From an uncultured virus (IMG/VR IMGVR_UViG_3300035698_013592) (lineage: Duplodnaviria > Heunggongvirae > Uroviricota > Caudoviricetes): a stretch of 64,000 nucleotides of DNA. Of this stretch, positions 29,906-40,276 are shown one piece after another; positions within the stretch are counted from its first letter, which is position 1, and each line of letters opens with the position of its first letter. Position numbers and translations under genes: made by a program. The stretch lies in the IMG/VR virus record IMGVR_UViG_3300035698_013592. The stretch is one strand, 5' to 3'. The notes beneath the pieces were generated by a model. It was not told the DNA's origin and made no database searches. It saw only the letters and a list, made by a program, of their open reading frames with translations.

Positions 29906-30286
29906 ATGAACGGGAACACCTATGATTACAGGGGCCTCGACAAAGACGTTCAGTTGCTCTGTGGAGGTAAAGCCCCTGCGGGCGAGGTCACGTCACAGAA
30001 CATCACAATCCCAAAGATGACGGAGCGTATCCTGCACATGACGCAGGAAGAGGCGCAGCTGCAGGGCATGTGTACGCCCGCATCTCTTCACTTGCTTAAG
30101 GAGAGCATCAGGCAGGTGTTGAACAGCCCCCTGCGTACAGTCTCAGGTCATGTTGACGAGGGCCGTCCAATGGATGCTACGCGTGTTGCGGTGGCTGAGG
30201 ACCTGCTGGGTAAGCTGGCCCTCTACATGTACGCGACGATCAACTTCGCCGCGCAGGAACCCCCGAATGACAGTGAGGCATGCTAG
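29906..30286 (+). CDS. Hypothetical protein
   Basis: AAGGAG RBS downstream of a terminator hairpin. Confidence 0.55.
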   Translation: MNGNTYDYRGLDKDVQLLCGGKAPAGEVTSQNITIPKMTERILHMTQEEAQLQGMCTPASLHLLKESIRQVLNSPLRTVSGHVDEGRPMDATRVAVAEDLLGKLALYMYATINFAAQEPPNDSEAC

Positions 30287-31216
30287 ATGTTTTCCAGCCC
30301 GTGTGGATTGATGTTTCATCACTTTCTTGGCGATGGCCATATTCACGGCCAAGGAGCGCTTCGGCGTGAAGATTTTGCAAGTATCCTAGATCAGCTTGGT
30401 TCTCGCGTCGTATGCGCTAGGCAGTGGATGTACCTAGCCCTAACGGGTAAGCTCGACGATCAGGTGTGTATCACGTTTGACGATGGTTTGAAGTCGCAGT
30501 ATGACGTCGCTAGGCCTGAACTTGAAGCCCGGGACCTCGCGGCATTCTTCTTCATCTATACGTCGCATCTTGTTGGGAGCCCGGAACGGCTTGAGGTTTA
30601 CCGTAAGTTTCGCACCACCAAGTTTGAGACGGTAGGCGACTTTTACGATGAGTTCATTACGCGAGTCGCTGTCATTTTCCCGGAGCTCATGACTACTCGC
30701 AGCATGGCACCGTCGCACACTTACCTACATGAGCATGCGTTTTACACTGTAGCTGATAGGATCTTCCGGTTTATCAGAGACAAGCTACTCACTCAGGAGC
30801 AATATACATGCCTGATGGACTCGTGGATTGAGTCTGAGGTTGGTGACTTTAACAAGTTCGTTAGTGGGCTGTGGGTCGACGCTGATAATATCCGTAGCTT
30901 GGCTAGCGCCGGGCATGTCATTGGTCTACACGCTCACAACCATCCAACGACCCTTGTAGGCTTTGAGCAGTACACTGAGTACTACACGAACCGCGAGATA
31001 CTTCGAGGGGTAATCGGATACGAGCCAACAACAGCGTCTTACCCTTCTGACCTGTTTAACTTTGAAACTCACAGAGTAATGGGAAGGTTGAATGTTCTTT
31101 TGGGCTTTAGGGCTAAACCAACGCACACCGGCACCTGTTTACTGCAGTTACCCAGAGAGGATTGCGCAGACCTATGCACATCACCGTCTTCACAAGCAAC
31201 CAACCGCGACATCTAG
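30287..31216 (+). CDS. Polysaccharide deacetylase (CE4/NodB-like)
   Basis: LMFHH, ITFDDG, IGLHAHNH, SYP. Confidence 0.85.
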   Translation: MFSSPCGLMFHHFLGDGHIHGQGALRREDFASILDQLGSRVVCARQWMYLALTGKLDDQVCITFDDGLKSQYDVARPELEARDLAAFFFIYTSHLVGSPERLEVYRKFRTTKFETVGDFYDEFITRVAVIFPELMTTRSMAPSHTYLHEHAFYTVADRIFRFIRDKLLTQEQYTCLMDSWIESEVGDFNKFVSGLWVDADNIRSLASAGHVIGLHAHNHPTTLVGFEQYTEYYTNREILRGVIGYEPTTASYPSDLFNFETHRVMGRLNVLLGFRAKPTHTGTCLLQLPREDCADLCTSPSSQATNRDI

Positions 31217-32001
31217 CCCTGCTTCATCGGCTGCAGGGCCTATGTGATGACTTGACGGTAGTAATGGAGTGCAATACCATCTTCCCCGGTTCCACCGAGG
31301 ATTTCTTTCCTAAGTCTGATGTCATGCAGGAGTATTTCGAGCATGTCATTGATGCGGAGCAACAGGTCTTTGGCCATACCCCGAGCTTCACCCCATATAA
31401 TGCCACAGTCTTCCCTCTGCGTATGGGAGACTTGGGTCGAGTACCGTTGAGGTCACTCTACTCGATATTCAGCTCAGACTACTTCTTTGTGTTTGGATCT
31501 TCATTTATTCCCGGTCTTCTTCTTGGGCATTTGGTGGGTAATCGGGCGATCAACATTCATATGGGTATCTCCCCTTATTACCGGGGTAGCTCATGTAACT
31601 TCTGGGCGATGTACGACCGGAACCCGCAGTATGTAGGTGCGACCATCCATTATCTTAGTGACAAGCTGGATGGTGGCGACATCCTTTTTCATGCGCTGCC
31701 ATCGGCTCAAGCCGTGGATCCGTTCGTGTATGGGATGCTCAGTGTCCGTGCCGCGATTGAGGGTGTATGTGAGAAATTAGTCTGCTCTACCGAGATATCA
31801 GGTCCTGGTGTACCTCAGTCAAGGCTTAGTAACACGTTACGGTATAGCCGCAACAGGGAATTTACCGATGAGGTAGCTGAGGAGTATCTGGGCAGGCTCA
31901 TGCCGAAGGAGGAGCTGTTGCGAACTTTGGAGTGCTTACCTCATCAGTTTGAGCAGGTACCCTCGTACGTAGCTACCCAATGGACAGAGGGCCAAGATTG
32001 A
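31174..32001 (+). CDS. Formyltransferase (sugar N-formyltransferase/Fmt-like)
   Basis: AINIHMGISPYYRGS, GATIHYL..LDGGDI. Confidence 0.85.
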   Translation: MHITVFTSNQPRHLALLHRLQGLCDDLTVVMECNTIFPGSTEDFFPKSDVMQEYFEHVIDAEQQVFGHTPSFTPYNATVFPLRMGDLGRVPLRSLYSIFSSDYFFVFGSSFIPGLLLGHLVGNRAINIHMGISPYYRGSSCNFWAMYDRNPQYVGATIHYLSDKLDGGDILFHALPSAQAVDPFVYGMLSVRAAIEGVCEKLVCSTEISGPGVPQSRLSNTLRYSRNREFTDEVAEEYLGRLMPKEELLRTLECLPHQFEQVPSYVATQWTEGQD

Positions 32002-32762
32002 TTACCGCAGTCATCCCCATCAGGCAGACAGAAGTACATAACAGGTCGTGGGATAGGCTACAGATGGGCATTGTGTCCTTACGGCGATTCGTACCAGCCG
32101 TACACGAGATCTTTGTCGTTGACAGCGGCTCAGAAGAGCCATGGGCTTCACAGCTGATTGATATCTGCAAAGATTTCAACGTTACGCTTTGGCGCCTGGA
32201 TGGCCTTGATCACTGGAACAAGTGCAAGACCATGAATGCGGCGATAAAGAAGGCGACGATGCCGTACATCATGCAATTCGACGTGGACATGATCGTTACT
32301 ACACCCTACGTCAACCAGGCTATCGCAGATCATCTAGGCTCAAACATCTTCTTGACGTTCCTCATCCACAATTTATGCCATCCGATGACGGTGGACCGCA
32401 TGAGTACAGAGCCCTGCGTGCAGCTACATGACTGGTGTATTCCGCACAGCAAGCTCCGGTCGGGTGGTCGGTCTACAGGTGGCATTCAGATCTTTTACAA
32501 AGATTGGTTTGAGAAGGTTCAGGGGTATGACGAGGAATACTCGCTATGGGGACGTGAAGATGATGATATGGTGAAGCGAGCTGGGCTGGATGGGATCGAG
32601 CACATCCACGATAAGACGATCGTATTTCACCTTGGCCATAAGGTGCCGCCAAAGCCGATTGAGCAAAAGCGTGCAAATGAGGAGCGTTATAAGAGACTTG
32701 ATACCGTCGTACGAAACGACCCAGCAACGTGGGGCGGCATGCCCCTGAGGAGACTAACATGA
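31998..32762 (+). CDS. Glycosyltransferase (GT2 with GT7-like C-terminus)
   Basis: VVDSGS, FDVDM, GYDEEYSLWGREDDD. Confidence 0.85.
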   Translation: MITAVIPIRQTEVHNRSWDRLQMGIVSLRRFVPAVHEIFVVDSGSEEPWASQLIDICKDFNVTLWRLDGLDHWNKCKTMNAAIKKATMPYIMQFDVDMIVTTPYVNQAIADHLGSNIFLTFLIHNLCHPMTVDRMSTEPCVQLHDWCIPHSKLRSGGRSTGGIQIFYKDWFEKVQGYDEEYSLWGREDDDMVKRAGLDGIEHIHDKTIVFHLGHKVPPKPIEQKRANEERYKRLDTVVRNDPATWGGMPLRRLT

Positions 32763-33784
32763 AGCCGGACACGAAGCCTATCATCAATCACAACGAGCGC
32801 GTTGTCTATCAAGGCGGTGCGCTCGACCTCTGGCTCGCAAAGCGGAAGCCAGGGTATGCAGCTTACCGTCAAGCATGGGCGGAGAACCCTGGAAGTCAGA
32901 CTGTAGGGGAGTTCCCTATCCACCTGGACTTTGAGGTGACCAGCAGGTGTAACCTTAAGTGTACGTTCTGCATGCGTACAGGTATGATCCGAGAGGGTAA
33001 CATCGAAAACTTTTGGCTCGGAGATCTGAAGCCTTCTACGTATTTCAAGTGCGTAGGTGAGGGCGAGCCAAAGGGACTCAAGTCTGTCAAGTACAACTAT
33101 CTGGGCGAGTCGTTGCTTGTTGGACCTGAGAGGATGTACGCGTACATCAAATACGCTACTTCGCTTGACGGTATCATGGACACCCTGCTCAACACGAACG
33201 CGTGCCTGCTTGACCACGATATGGCGATGGTGCTTCTCGAGGCTGGACTGGACAAGCTGATCATCTCGATAGACTCCCCTGACAAGGAGACCTATGAGGC
33301 AGTCAGGGTTGGTGCTAACTTCGAGAAGGTGGTCGGTAACATCCGGCACTTCATCGAGATGCGTAACGCTGGACGGTTCCACAAGACCCTTGTTCGCGTG
33401 CAGATGACCGTTGTCGAGGATAACAAGAGTCAGGTTGCGGACTTCATCGACATGTGGAAGCCCTACGCTGACGAGGTGACAGCCAACATCGCATGTGCCA
33501 TCATCGAGAACGAGACGCGGGATGCGTTCATCAACGATCCCAACAGGTTGATGTCATGCCCGGCGCCGTGGCAGCGTCTGGTTGTTTTGGCTGACGGACG
33601 CGTTGCCCCTTGTTGTGGTGACCATCATCGCATATACGTTTTGGGAGACGCTATGACGGATACCATTTCTGACATCTGGAAGGGCGCCAAGATGCGCGCG
33701 CTTCGTAAGGTGATCGCTGCTGGTGATATCGATAAGATGCCGGTCTGTGAGATTTGTAGCGGTAGAAGGATGAGGCCCATTTAA
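32759..33784 (+). CDS. Radical SAM/SPASM-twitch protein
   Basis: CNLKCTFC, GESLL, NTNA, CPAPW...PCC...CEIC. Confidence 0.85.
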   Translation: MKPDTKPIINHNERVVYQGGALDLWLAKRKPGYAAYRQAWAENPGSQTVGEFPIHLDFEVTSRCNLKCTFCMRTGMIREGNIENFWLGDLKPSTYFKCVGEGEPKGLKSVKYNYLGESLLVGPERMYAYIKYATSLDGIMDTLLNTNACLLDHDMAMVLLEAGLDKLIISIDSPDKETYEAVRVGANFEKVVGNIRHFIEMRNAGRFHKTLVRVQMTVVEDNKSQVADFIDMWKPYADEVTANIACAIIENETRDAFINDPNRLMSCPAPWQRLVVLADGRVAPCCGDHHRIYVLGDAMTDTISDIWKGAKMRALRKVIAAGDIDKMPVCEICSGRRMRPI

Positions 33785-35220
33785 TGTCTATCCTGGCCGT
33801 GATCCCAGCTCGAGGTGGCTCACAGAGGGTCCCCCGTAAGAATATGCGTATGTTAGGCGGACGGCCGCTTGTCGAGCATACGATTGATTGCGCAAAAGGG
33901 ATAAAGGGGATCTCTGAGATCGTCGTATCTACAGGCGATCCAGAGATCTCTCGTGTGGCTAAGGCACAGGGCGTTCATGTTGTAGATCGCCCGGTTGAGC
34001 TGCGGGGTCCCGGCGTCTGGGGCTTCCCAGTGACGCGTGACGCTGTCTTGCAGATGACTAGCCTGCTGGACAAAGACTTCTTGTACGTTGTACACCTGCA
34101 GCCTACTAGCCCTTTCCGTAAGCCTGAGCTGATTGAACGTGCCTTGAAGATTGCAGAAGAGTACAAGCCTCAGATGGTGACTTCAGTTGCATCGGCTCCA
34201 AAGTATCACCACCCTGCATTTCTTCTTGATGATGCAGCACCAGCAGCTCCGTGGATGTTATCCTGGAATAGTCAACTCCCGGCGGGTATACAGGGACGTA
34301 CGGAGTGGTGGAAGAACAACCCAGGGTATTATGCTACGGGTAGCGTCGCTGTGCTTGAGCTACCGTGGCTTCTAAACTGCGACATGCCAAAGCTAACGAA
34401 CATAACATGGCCAGAGGGTACGGACGTACGCGTTGTTGTTGAGGATGACGGGATCGCTAACCTTGACATAGATACCGAGATGGACTTTCAGTTCGCGGAA
34501 TTCGTTGCACAGTCCAGGAAAAAGAAAGAGACCACTATGGATCTTTACCCGTTTGAAGGTCACCTGGACAACATGACCGGGAAGCGTGTAGCTGTCGTTG
34601 GCAATTCTTCGGCCATGCTCGAATCTGGCTATGGTAAGGTTATCGACAGCCACGACGAAATCATTCGGATGAATATTGCTGCAACACGCGGGTTTGAAGA
34701 AGACGTAGGGTCAAAGATAACCGTGTGGGTGACGTGCCTGCCCAGACGTGAGGCCTGGAGAGGACAACAGCTTCGGGATAAAGGTGTTCACAGCATATGG
34801 CTTAGTAACATAGGTCCTACGAGACAGCGAGACATTCGACTCAGCAAGTACACCACCTTCCCTATCTACTGGTACGACTATGACGAGCTAGCGCGTATTC
34901 ATAAACTCATGGATCAACGACCGACAACCGGGTTTATCGTCTTGCACGCGCTGCTTAACCATAGCTCTCCCGCAGAGATCTTCTTATGTGGGTTCACGTT
35001 TCTCAAGGAGATGAAACTCAAAGACGCGGAGCTGGCTTACGCTGCGCGTCCTGAGCTCAGGTATGGTAACGGTAGTGGTGAGCACAAGAGGATGAAGAAC
35101 GAAATAGCCATGGCGCGGGATCTGATACGGAACGCTACGAATACGAAGTTCAAGATTGCAGCGCATACAAACGATATACTCAATCTAGGCCAAGAGGATC
35201 ACGTGGAGATTGTTCCGTGA
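33784..35220 (+). CDS. neuA: CMP-nonulosonate synthetase (NeuA-like) fused to a GT29-type sialyltransferase
   Basis: N-terminal IPARGGSQRVPRKN, LQPTSPFR, DIDTEMDF; C-terminal sialylmotif L (VAVVGNS...IDSHDEIIRMN...DVGSK) and S (PTTGF...LCGF). Confidence 0.85.
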   Translation: MSILAVIPARGGSQRVPRKNMRMLGGRPLVEHTIDCAKGIKGISEIVVSTGDPEISRVAKAQGVHVVDRPVELRGPGVWGFPVTRDAVLQMTSLLDKDFLYVVHLQPTSPFRKPELIERALKIAEEYKPQMVTSVASAPKYHHPAFLLDDAAPAAPWMLSWNSQLPAGIQGRTEWWKNNPGYYATGSVAVLELPWLLNCDMPKLTNITWPEGTDVRVVVEDDGIANLDIDTEMDFQFAEFVAQSRKKKETTMDLYPFEGHLDNMTGKRVAVVGNSSAMLESGYGKVIDSHDEIIRMNIAATRGFEEDVGSKITVWVTCLPRREAWRGQQLRDKGVHSIWLSNIGPTRQRDIRLSKYTTFPIYWYDYDELARIHKLMDQRPTTGFIVLHALLNHSSPAEIFLCGFTFLKEMKLKDAELAYAARPELRYGNGSGEHKRMKNEIAMARDLIRNATNTKFKIAAHTNDILNLGQEDHVEIVP

Positions 35221-36251
35221 ACTACAAGACATTCTTAGACGTTGATATCACGACGATGCCGTTTGTCGTAGCTGAGGTGGGACATAACCACGAGGGTAGT
35301 TTTGATGTAGCTCGACAGCTCATCTACAAGGCGAAAGCGGGTGGAGCTGATGCTGTCAAGTTTCAGACGATCGTTCCTGGTCGTCTGGTGTCGCCTAGCT
35401 TCCCCGTGAAAGCGGCATACGCTGAAGAGATGCGGAAGGCTTCGTCATTCTCCTTACCTTTTGACGACTTCCCGAAGCTGCAAGAGGAAGCTAAGAAGGT
35501 TGGCATCATCTTTCTCTCAACGCCCTTTGACGTTCCGAGTGCAAGGCTTCTAGCTGGCATGAAGGTACCTGCGTACAAGATTGGGTCTGGTCAGATCGAT
35601 TTGTGGCCAATGCTGGACGTGGTTGCCAATACGTGTAAGCCTGTGATTCTTTCAACTGGGGCGTCATCTGTTGCAGACGTCAGCGCGGCAATTACGCATA
35701 TCAAGCGTGGCTGGGGCAGGTATAAGTGGCATGACCAGATAGTCCTACTCAACTGTACGTCGATGTACCCTGTGATAGCGAGTCACGTCCACTTACGCCG
35801 TATGCAGTCGCTCAAGCGGTTGACCCGTCTTGTTGGATTCTCTGACCACACGGAGGACATTCTTGCCTCAGTACTTGCGGCTGTGATGTTTGACGCAGTG
35901 ATCATTGAGAAGCACTTCACGATGGATAAGGACTTCTCTGACTTCTGCGACCATAAGATCTCCGCTACTATGTATGACCTTCAGCGTATGATCTGTATGA
36001 TTCGACAGGGGAAGGCAATGATCGGTTGTGAAGCTCGTCCGGTACTCGAGGAAGAGAATCAACATCTGATTAGACACTCCGCGTGTGCGGCACGCGCGTT
36101 AAGTGTTGGGCATATTATGACCAAGGACGATATTGTATGGTTACGTCCTCAGCATGGGGTAAAACCAGGCGAGGAGGGCCAGCTCTTTGGGAAGACGCTC
36201 AAGTCGGCGAAGGAGGATGGAGAAACGATCAAGTTAGACGACGTAAAATAG
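35217..36251 (+). CDS. neuB: N-acetylneuraminate/nonulosonate synthase
   Basis: AEVGHNHEGS, ADAVKFQ, STPFD, KIGS, LSTG, GFSDHT, IEKHFT, C-terminal SAF-like domain. Confidence 0.9.
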   Translation: MNYKTFLDVDITTMPFVVAEVGHNHEGSFDVARQLIYKAKAGGADAVKFQTIVPGRLVSPSFPVKAAYAEEMRKASSFSLPFDDFPKLQEEAKKVGIIFLSTPFDVPSARLLAGMKVPAYKIGSGQIDLWPMLDVVANTCKPVILSTGASSVADVSAAITHIKRGWGRYKWHDQIVLLNCTSMYPVIASHVHLRRMQSLKRLTRLVGFSDHTEDILASVLAAVMFDAVIIEKHFTMDKDFSDFCDHKISATMYDLQRMICMIRQGKAMIGCEARPVLEEENQHLIRHSACAARALSVGHIMTKDDIVWLRPQHGVKPGEEGQLFGKTLKSAKEDGETIKLDDVK

Positions 36252-36263
36252 GAGACCGATATT

Positions 36264-37877
36264 ATGCTTGAACCCTTTGTTCCCACCAAGAGGGATGTGA
36301 TAGACTTATTGCGTCCGTGTAACGCTAACTGCGAGTTTTGCTATTATCGCTGGACAGGTGGTAGCGGCGGCTTCGGCCACGCGCAGAACTGGAGTATGCC
36401 TGTCGACGAGGCTCTTGCCAAGCTCGATGAGATCAAACGACGCGGCAATGACTTTGTGGACTTCACAGGGGGTGAGCCCACCATCTACAAGGCTTTGCCC
36501 ATGCTGCTTGAGCACTGCAAGAACATAGGGCTTATACCCTGTATCATTACCAATGGGCTGGCTGACCACTTCAAGTTTGAGGAGTACCTTGACGTCAACC
36601 CGGACACGCGATTTCTCTTGTCCCTCCACGGTGTCACGCCAGAAACGCACGATGAGGCTGTCGGGGTAACCGGTGCGTTTTCAAAGCTGAGCAGTGTTAT
36701 GAAGCTGCTTCGTGATCGTGACGTTTTCTTCCGCACCAATACCGTGATCACCCGACGGAACCACAGGGAGCTCGCCAGGATAGCAGACTACGCACGACTC
36801 TGCGGGTCTCGCATGTCCAACTTCATCTTCTTCCAGCCGTTTCATGACTGGGATCAGGAGAAGAACGACAACGTACAAGTCCCGCCAGATGTGGCTGCCC
36901 CCTACATTGAGGCTGCAATCCAATGTGCGCGTAGGATGAACTACTGGGTGCAGCTTCGGTATTACCCGTTTTGTTGCTTGTCACAGGACTGTTGGCAACA
37001 CATCTGTGGCGTTCACCAAGTCATGTTTGACCCTTATGAGTGGTCGTACAATGCGCCGTCGCGTGACGTGCCGTTCTTCCTGAAGAAGGGGAGAGAGCGT
37101 GCGCGTGACCGCTACGGTAAGGGCAACGACGTTTGTGATCTGTGCCAGATACGCGGTGTATGTGGCGGTAACTACGAGACACGCACGAACATGTATGGCA
37201 CGGATGGTCTGAAAGCAATGGTAAGTATGCACGCAGATCACATCTTTCAGTTCCGTGAAGACCTGCGAGTTGATATCATCATCCCGTCGTATAGGGCAGA
37301 AGCTCTGCCAGGTATAATGGAGGAGATCGTAAGAACGACAGTACAGCCTTACCGCATCATTATTCAGGGCGATGAGACGCATGCTTGCGTTAACCGGCAG
37401 CGTGGCCTAGAAGCCGCGAATGCCCCCTACGTGATTATGGTTGACGATGACATCCGAAACCTACCTATAGGATGGAACAGAGATCTTGTTGAAGCTCTTC
37501 GAGCAAATCCACAACTCTGCGCCCTGTCCGCAAGGCTGATCGACAGCAATGGTAAGTTTGCCCCTAACTCAGCCAACAATTTCGATGGTTCAAAAAGTCT
37601 TGTGCGCGTACCGCTAATCCCAACAGCGTGTTGTATCTTCCGCCGACCCTCTGAAGCCTCATTTGACTTAAGGTATCGAGGCAGCGGGTTCGAGGATACT
37701 GACTTCTTCCTGCAGCTCAAGAAGGACATGGGCGAAGGTTGTGAAGGTATCGCTATCTGTAATGACGTGCGGGTCACGCACCTGCACGAGAAGAAGGAGC
37801 AAGGACGATTCTACAATTACAACAAGAACCTTTTCGAGTCGAAGTGGGGGTCTCTCAGAAAAATCATGGGGGGATAA
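36264..37877 (+). CDS. Radical SAM-glycosyltransferase (GT2) fusion
   Basis: CNANCEFC, FTGGEPT; C-terminal DIIIPSY, MVDDD, GFEDTDF. Confidence 0.8.
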   Translation: MLEPFVPTKRDVIDLLRPCNANCEFCYYRWTGGSGGFGHAQNWSMPVDEALAKLDEIKRRGNDFVDFTGGEPTIYKALPMLLEHCKNIGLIPCIITNGLADHFKFEEYLDVNPDTRFLLSLHGVTPETHDEAVGVTGAFSKLSSVMKLLRDRDVFFRTNTVITRRNHRELARIADYARLCGSRMSNFIFFQPFHDWDQEKNDNVQVPPDVAAPYIEAAIQCARRMNYWVQLRYYPFCCLSQDCWQHICGVHQVMFDPYEWSYNAPSRDVPFFLKKGRERARDRYGKGNDVCDLCQIRGVCGGNYETRTNMYGTDGLKAMVSMHADHIFQFREDLRVDIIIPSYRAEALPGIMEEIVRTTVQPYRIIIQGDETHACVNRQRGLEAANAPYVIMVDDDIRNLPIGWNRDLVEALRANPQLCALSARLIDSNGKFAPNSANNFDGSKSLVRVPLIPTACCIFRRPSEASFDLRYRGSGFEDTDFFLQLKKDMGEGCEGIAICNDVRVTHLHEKKEQGRFYNYNKNLFESKWGSLRKIMGG

Positions 37878-38170
37878 TGGAACCACAACACAGGTTATAC
37901 CGTGGTCTTCCTTGCTTAGCATGGCAGGCGAAGACAGAGACAGAGGTTGAAAGTGTGCTGGGAGACGTAAAGGTTGAGCCGGGCGATTGGATATTGCAGT
38001 ATCGTAAAACGAATATTCGACTTGTCTTGGGTGATGCCGAGTACCAGCAAGACACAGTGCCTAGCCCTGACGAAGTAGTAGCACACGCCCCTGAAGTATC
38101 CACGTGAACTTTACTAGGGGTTAGTGACCCGTTACAGAGATTCGTATTTACAATAACGGAGGTAAGGCAA

Positions 38171-39088
38171 GTGAGTAAGCGACAGGATCTTGCTCGAAAA
38201 GTAGTTACGCCGGAGTTTGAAGCAGGCGTCAAAGAACTTGCAGGGTGCTCTGAGGTTGTTCGAGATGCCATCAGTAAGCCCCTTGACTATGAGGATTTCA
38301 GCCCTCTTGCTATGGTCGTTACGTGCAAGGGTAGGCTCAATCATCTGAAAGCAACTATTGAGTCTAAGTTTGCGCTGCGTGGTGTGGATAAGATTGTCAT
38401 AGTTGATTACGATGACCCCAGTGACTCGTTTGGGTGGGCCTGTAAGCTAGACGACCCCCGAGTCGTGGCTATCCGCGTACATGACCGACATTTCTACCAC
38501 CATGGTAAGGCGCGTAACATCGGCCTACGCGTGGCTATCGAACATCTGAAAGCAAAGGGCATACTGCTCACTGACGCTGACATTGGCTTTAAGCCTTACT
38601 TCGTTGAGCACTGTAAAGACGTGTTGGTAAAACACCCGCACGAGATCTGTGTGGTCAGTAACTGCAAGAACAAGTTCAGCGGCGGGGCTGGTACAGTATT
38701 CTCTTCTGCACAGCTTGTTGCTGACGTGCATGGTAACCAGGAACTGATGGATCATTGCTGGGGCGCGGACGACACAGATCTGAAGCGACGCATGGAGCAT
38801 TATGCCCATGAGACACGAGGGTACCCGCATCCCTGCCCTGAGTTTCAAGGGGAGCTCCTGCGTGTCATAAACCACAGTTCTAACGATCGTACACGCCACT
38901 ATGCGATCGCGGCCATGGGTGAAGGAGAACGACGTAACACGAAGATCGCTCTTGCGTGGCAGAAGAAGCACGGCTGGGTGGCTAACCCTGATGGGTGGGG
39001 CTGTTGCGTTGGTACCATTTATGAGGCAGGAGAGGTAGCCGGATTGGAGGTGACTAAAGAGTACGTGCGTACCGTATGGTGCGTCTGA
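38171..39088 (+). CDS. Glycosyltransferase (GT2/GT7-like)
   Basis: TCKGRLNHLK, IVDY, KARNIG, TDAD, WGADDTD. Confidence 0.8.
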   Translation: MSKRQDLARKVVTPEFEAGVKELAGCSEVVRDAISKPLDYEDFSPLAMVVTCKGRLNHLKATIESKFALRGVDKIVIVDYDDPSDSFGWACKLDDPRVVAIRVHDRHFYHHGKARNIGLRVAIEHLKAKGILLTDADIGFKPYFVEHCKDVLVKHPHEICVVSNCKNKFSGGAGTVFSSAQLVADVHGNQELMDHCWGADDTDLKRRMEHYAHETRGYPHPCPEFQGELLRVINHSSNDRTRHYAIAAMGEGERRNTKIALAWQKKHGWVANPDGWGCCVGTIYEAGEVAGLEVTKEYVRTVWCV

Positions 39089-39127
39089 CTGAATCCACAT
39101 GACGCGAAGCGTTACTATAAGGTGACA
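39088..39127 (+). promoter_or_regulatory. Phage promoter-like motif (second copy)
   Basis: ACTGAAT-16nt-GTTACTATAAGGTGACA. Confidence 0.55.
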
Positions 39128-39182
39128 CCCGCCTCTTAGCGTTGTGCTAGAGGACTTTTTCTTTCCTTGTTGGAGAAGTCTC

Positions 39183-39761
39183 ATGAGCTTGACAGTTCGA
39201 GAAAAGGACCACTGGCGCAAACGCATTGCCGATCGCATTGACAAGCGTATCGAGCAGTTGGTCGCTGAAGCGGATCCGCTGTATCTTGAGCGTATCAAGT
39301 CGGCAGCTACCGAGAAGGCGATTACGTCTCTTGGACTCGATGACCTTGAGGATCTACGCGTCGAATCTGACGTCGAGCTGAAAAAGCTGCTCAAGGCCAG
39401 GAAGCTGATCCTTGCCAGAATGGCCGCGAAGATCAATGGTACGGACGTTGACGAAGAAATTAGCAACGTCTACTCCTGCCACTACAGCTTGTCCAGTTTG
39501 CCCTCCGACGTATTGGTGGCGATCAGTAAGAGGGCGACAGCTTTGCGCTCGTCTGTCATGTTAGAAACCGAGCTTGGCCAGCAGATTCTCCAGCTGGAAA
39601 CCGAGAAGGAAGGTTTGCTCGACACCGTGTGGCTCGCTACGTCCACCGCGCAAATCAAGAGTTTGTGGGAATCGGTTACCGGGCTCTTGCACTTTGAGCC
39701 GACAGTGCTTGAGCAGAACGCGCTTGACCTGCCCCCTATGGACCCAAACAAGGAGGGCTAA
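39183..39761 (+). CDS. Hypothetical protein
   Basis: GGAG RBS before MSLTVREK. Confidence 0.6.
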   Translation: MSLTVREKDHWRKRIADRIDKRIEQLVAEADPLYLERIKSAATEKAITSLGLDDLEDLRVESDVELKKLLKARKLILARMAAKINGTDVDEEISNVYSCHYSLSSLPSDVLVAISKRATALRSSVMLETELGQQILQLETEKEGLLDTVWLATSTAQIKSLWESVTGLLHFEPTVLEQNALDLPPMDPNKEG

Positions 39762-40276
39762 ACGTGGGTTCACAGGTAGAGACCCCCGACCCTACCAACG
39801 AACTGTTAGGCGAGAAGTGCAACACGTGTCGTAAGGTATGTGTTGACGTCATCCCGCGCACGGATTGTGGGTTGGCATCGGGTACACATTGTGACAGCTG
39901 TTGGGACCGACTCGTCACAGACGCGAGGTCCTGCGGCTGCTGATCCCCCAGGGCGTCGGAGACGTGCCCCACAACGTGCGGGCTACCCCCGCGCGTTGGT
40001 CTTCGGCGCCCACTTTTCCAGAAGGAGCAGAGAGGAGAACGCAATGATCGTTGTGTTCACGCTGTTGTTTACGTTTATCTTGGGGGGAGCTACAGGATTC
40101 CTCCTGGGACGGTGGTGTGGCATTGAGGTTGGCGCGAAGCGTGAAGCCGCCAACTATGCCAAGCCGGAAGACTGGCAGAGAGATCAGGTCGAGAAGCATT
40201 TGAATCTTGGCCCACGGGGACGCGGCTAATTGTAGCTACGCCCGAGAACGTACACATTGCATGAAGGAGATGTAAC

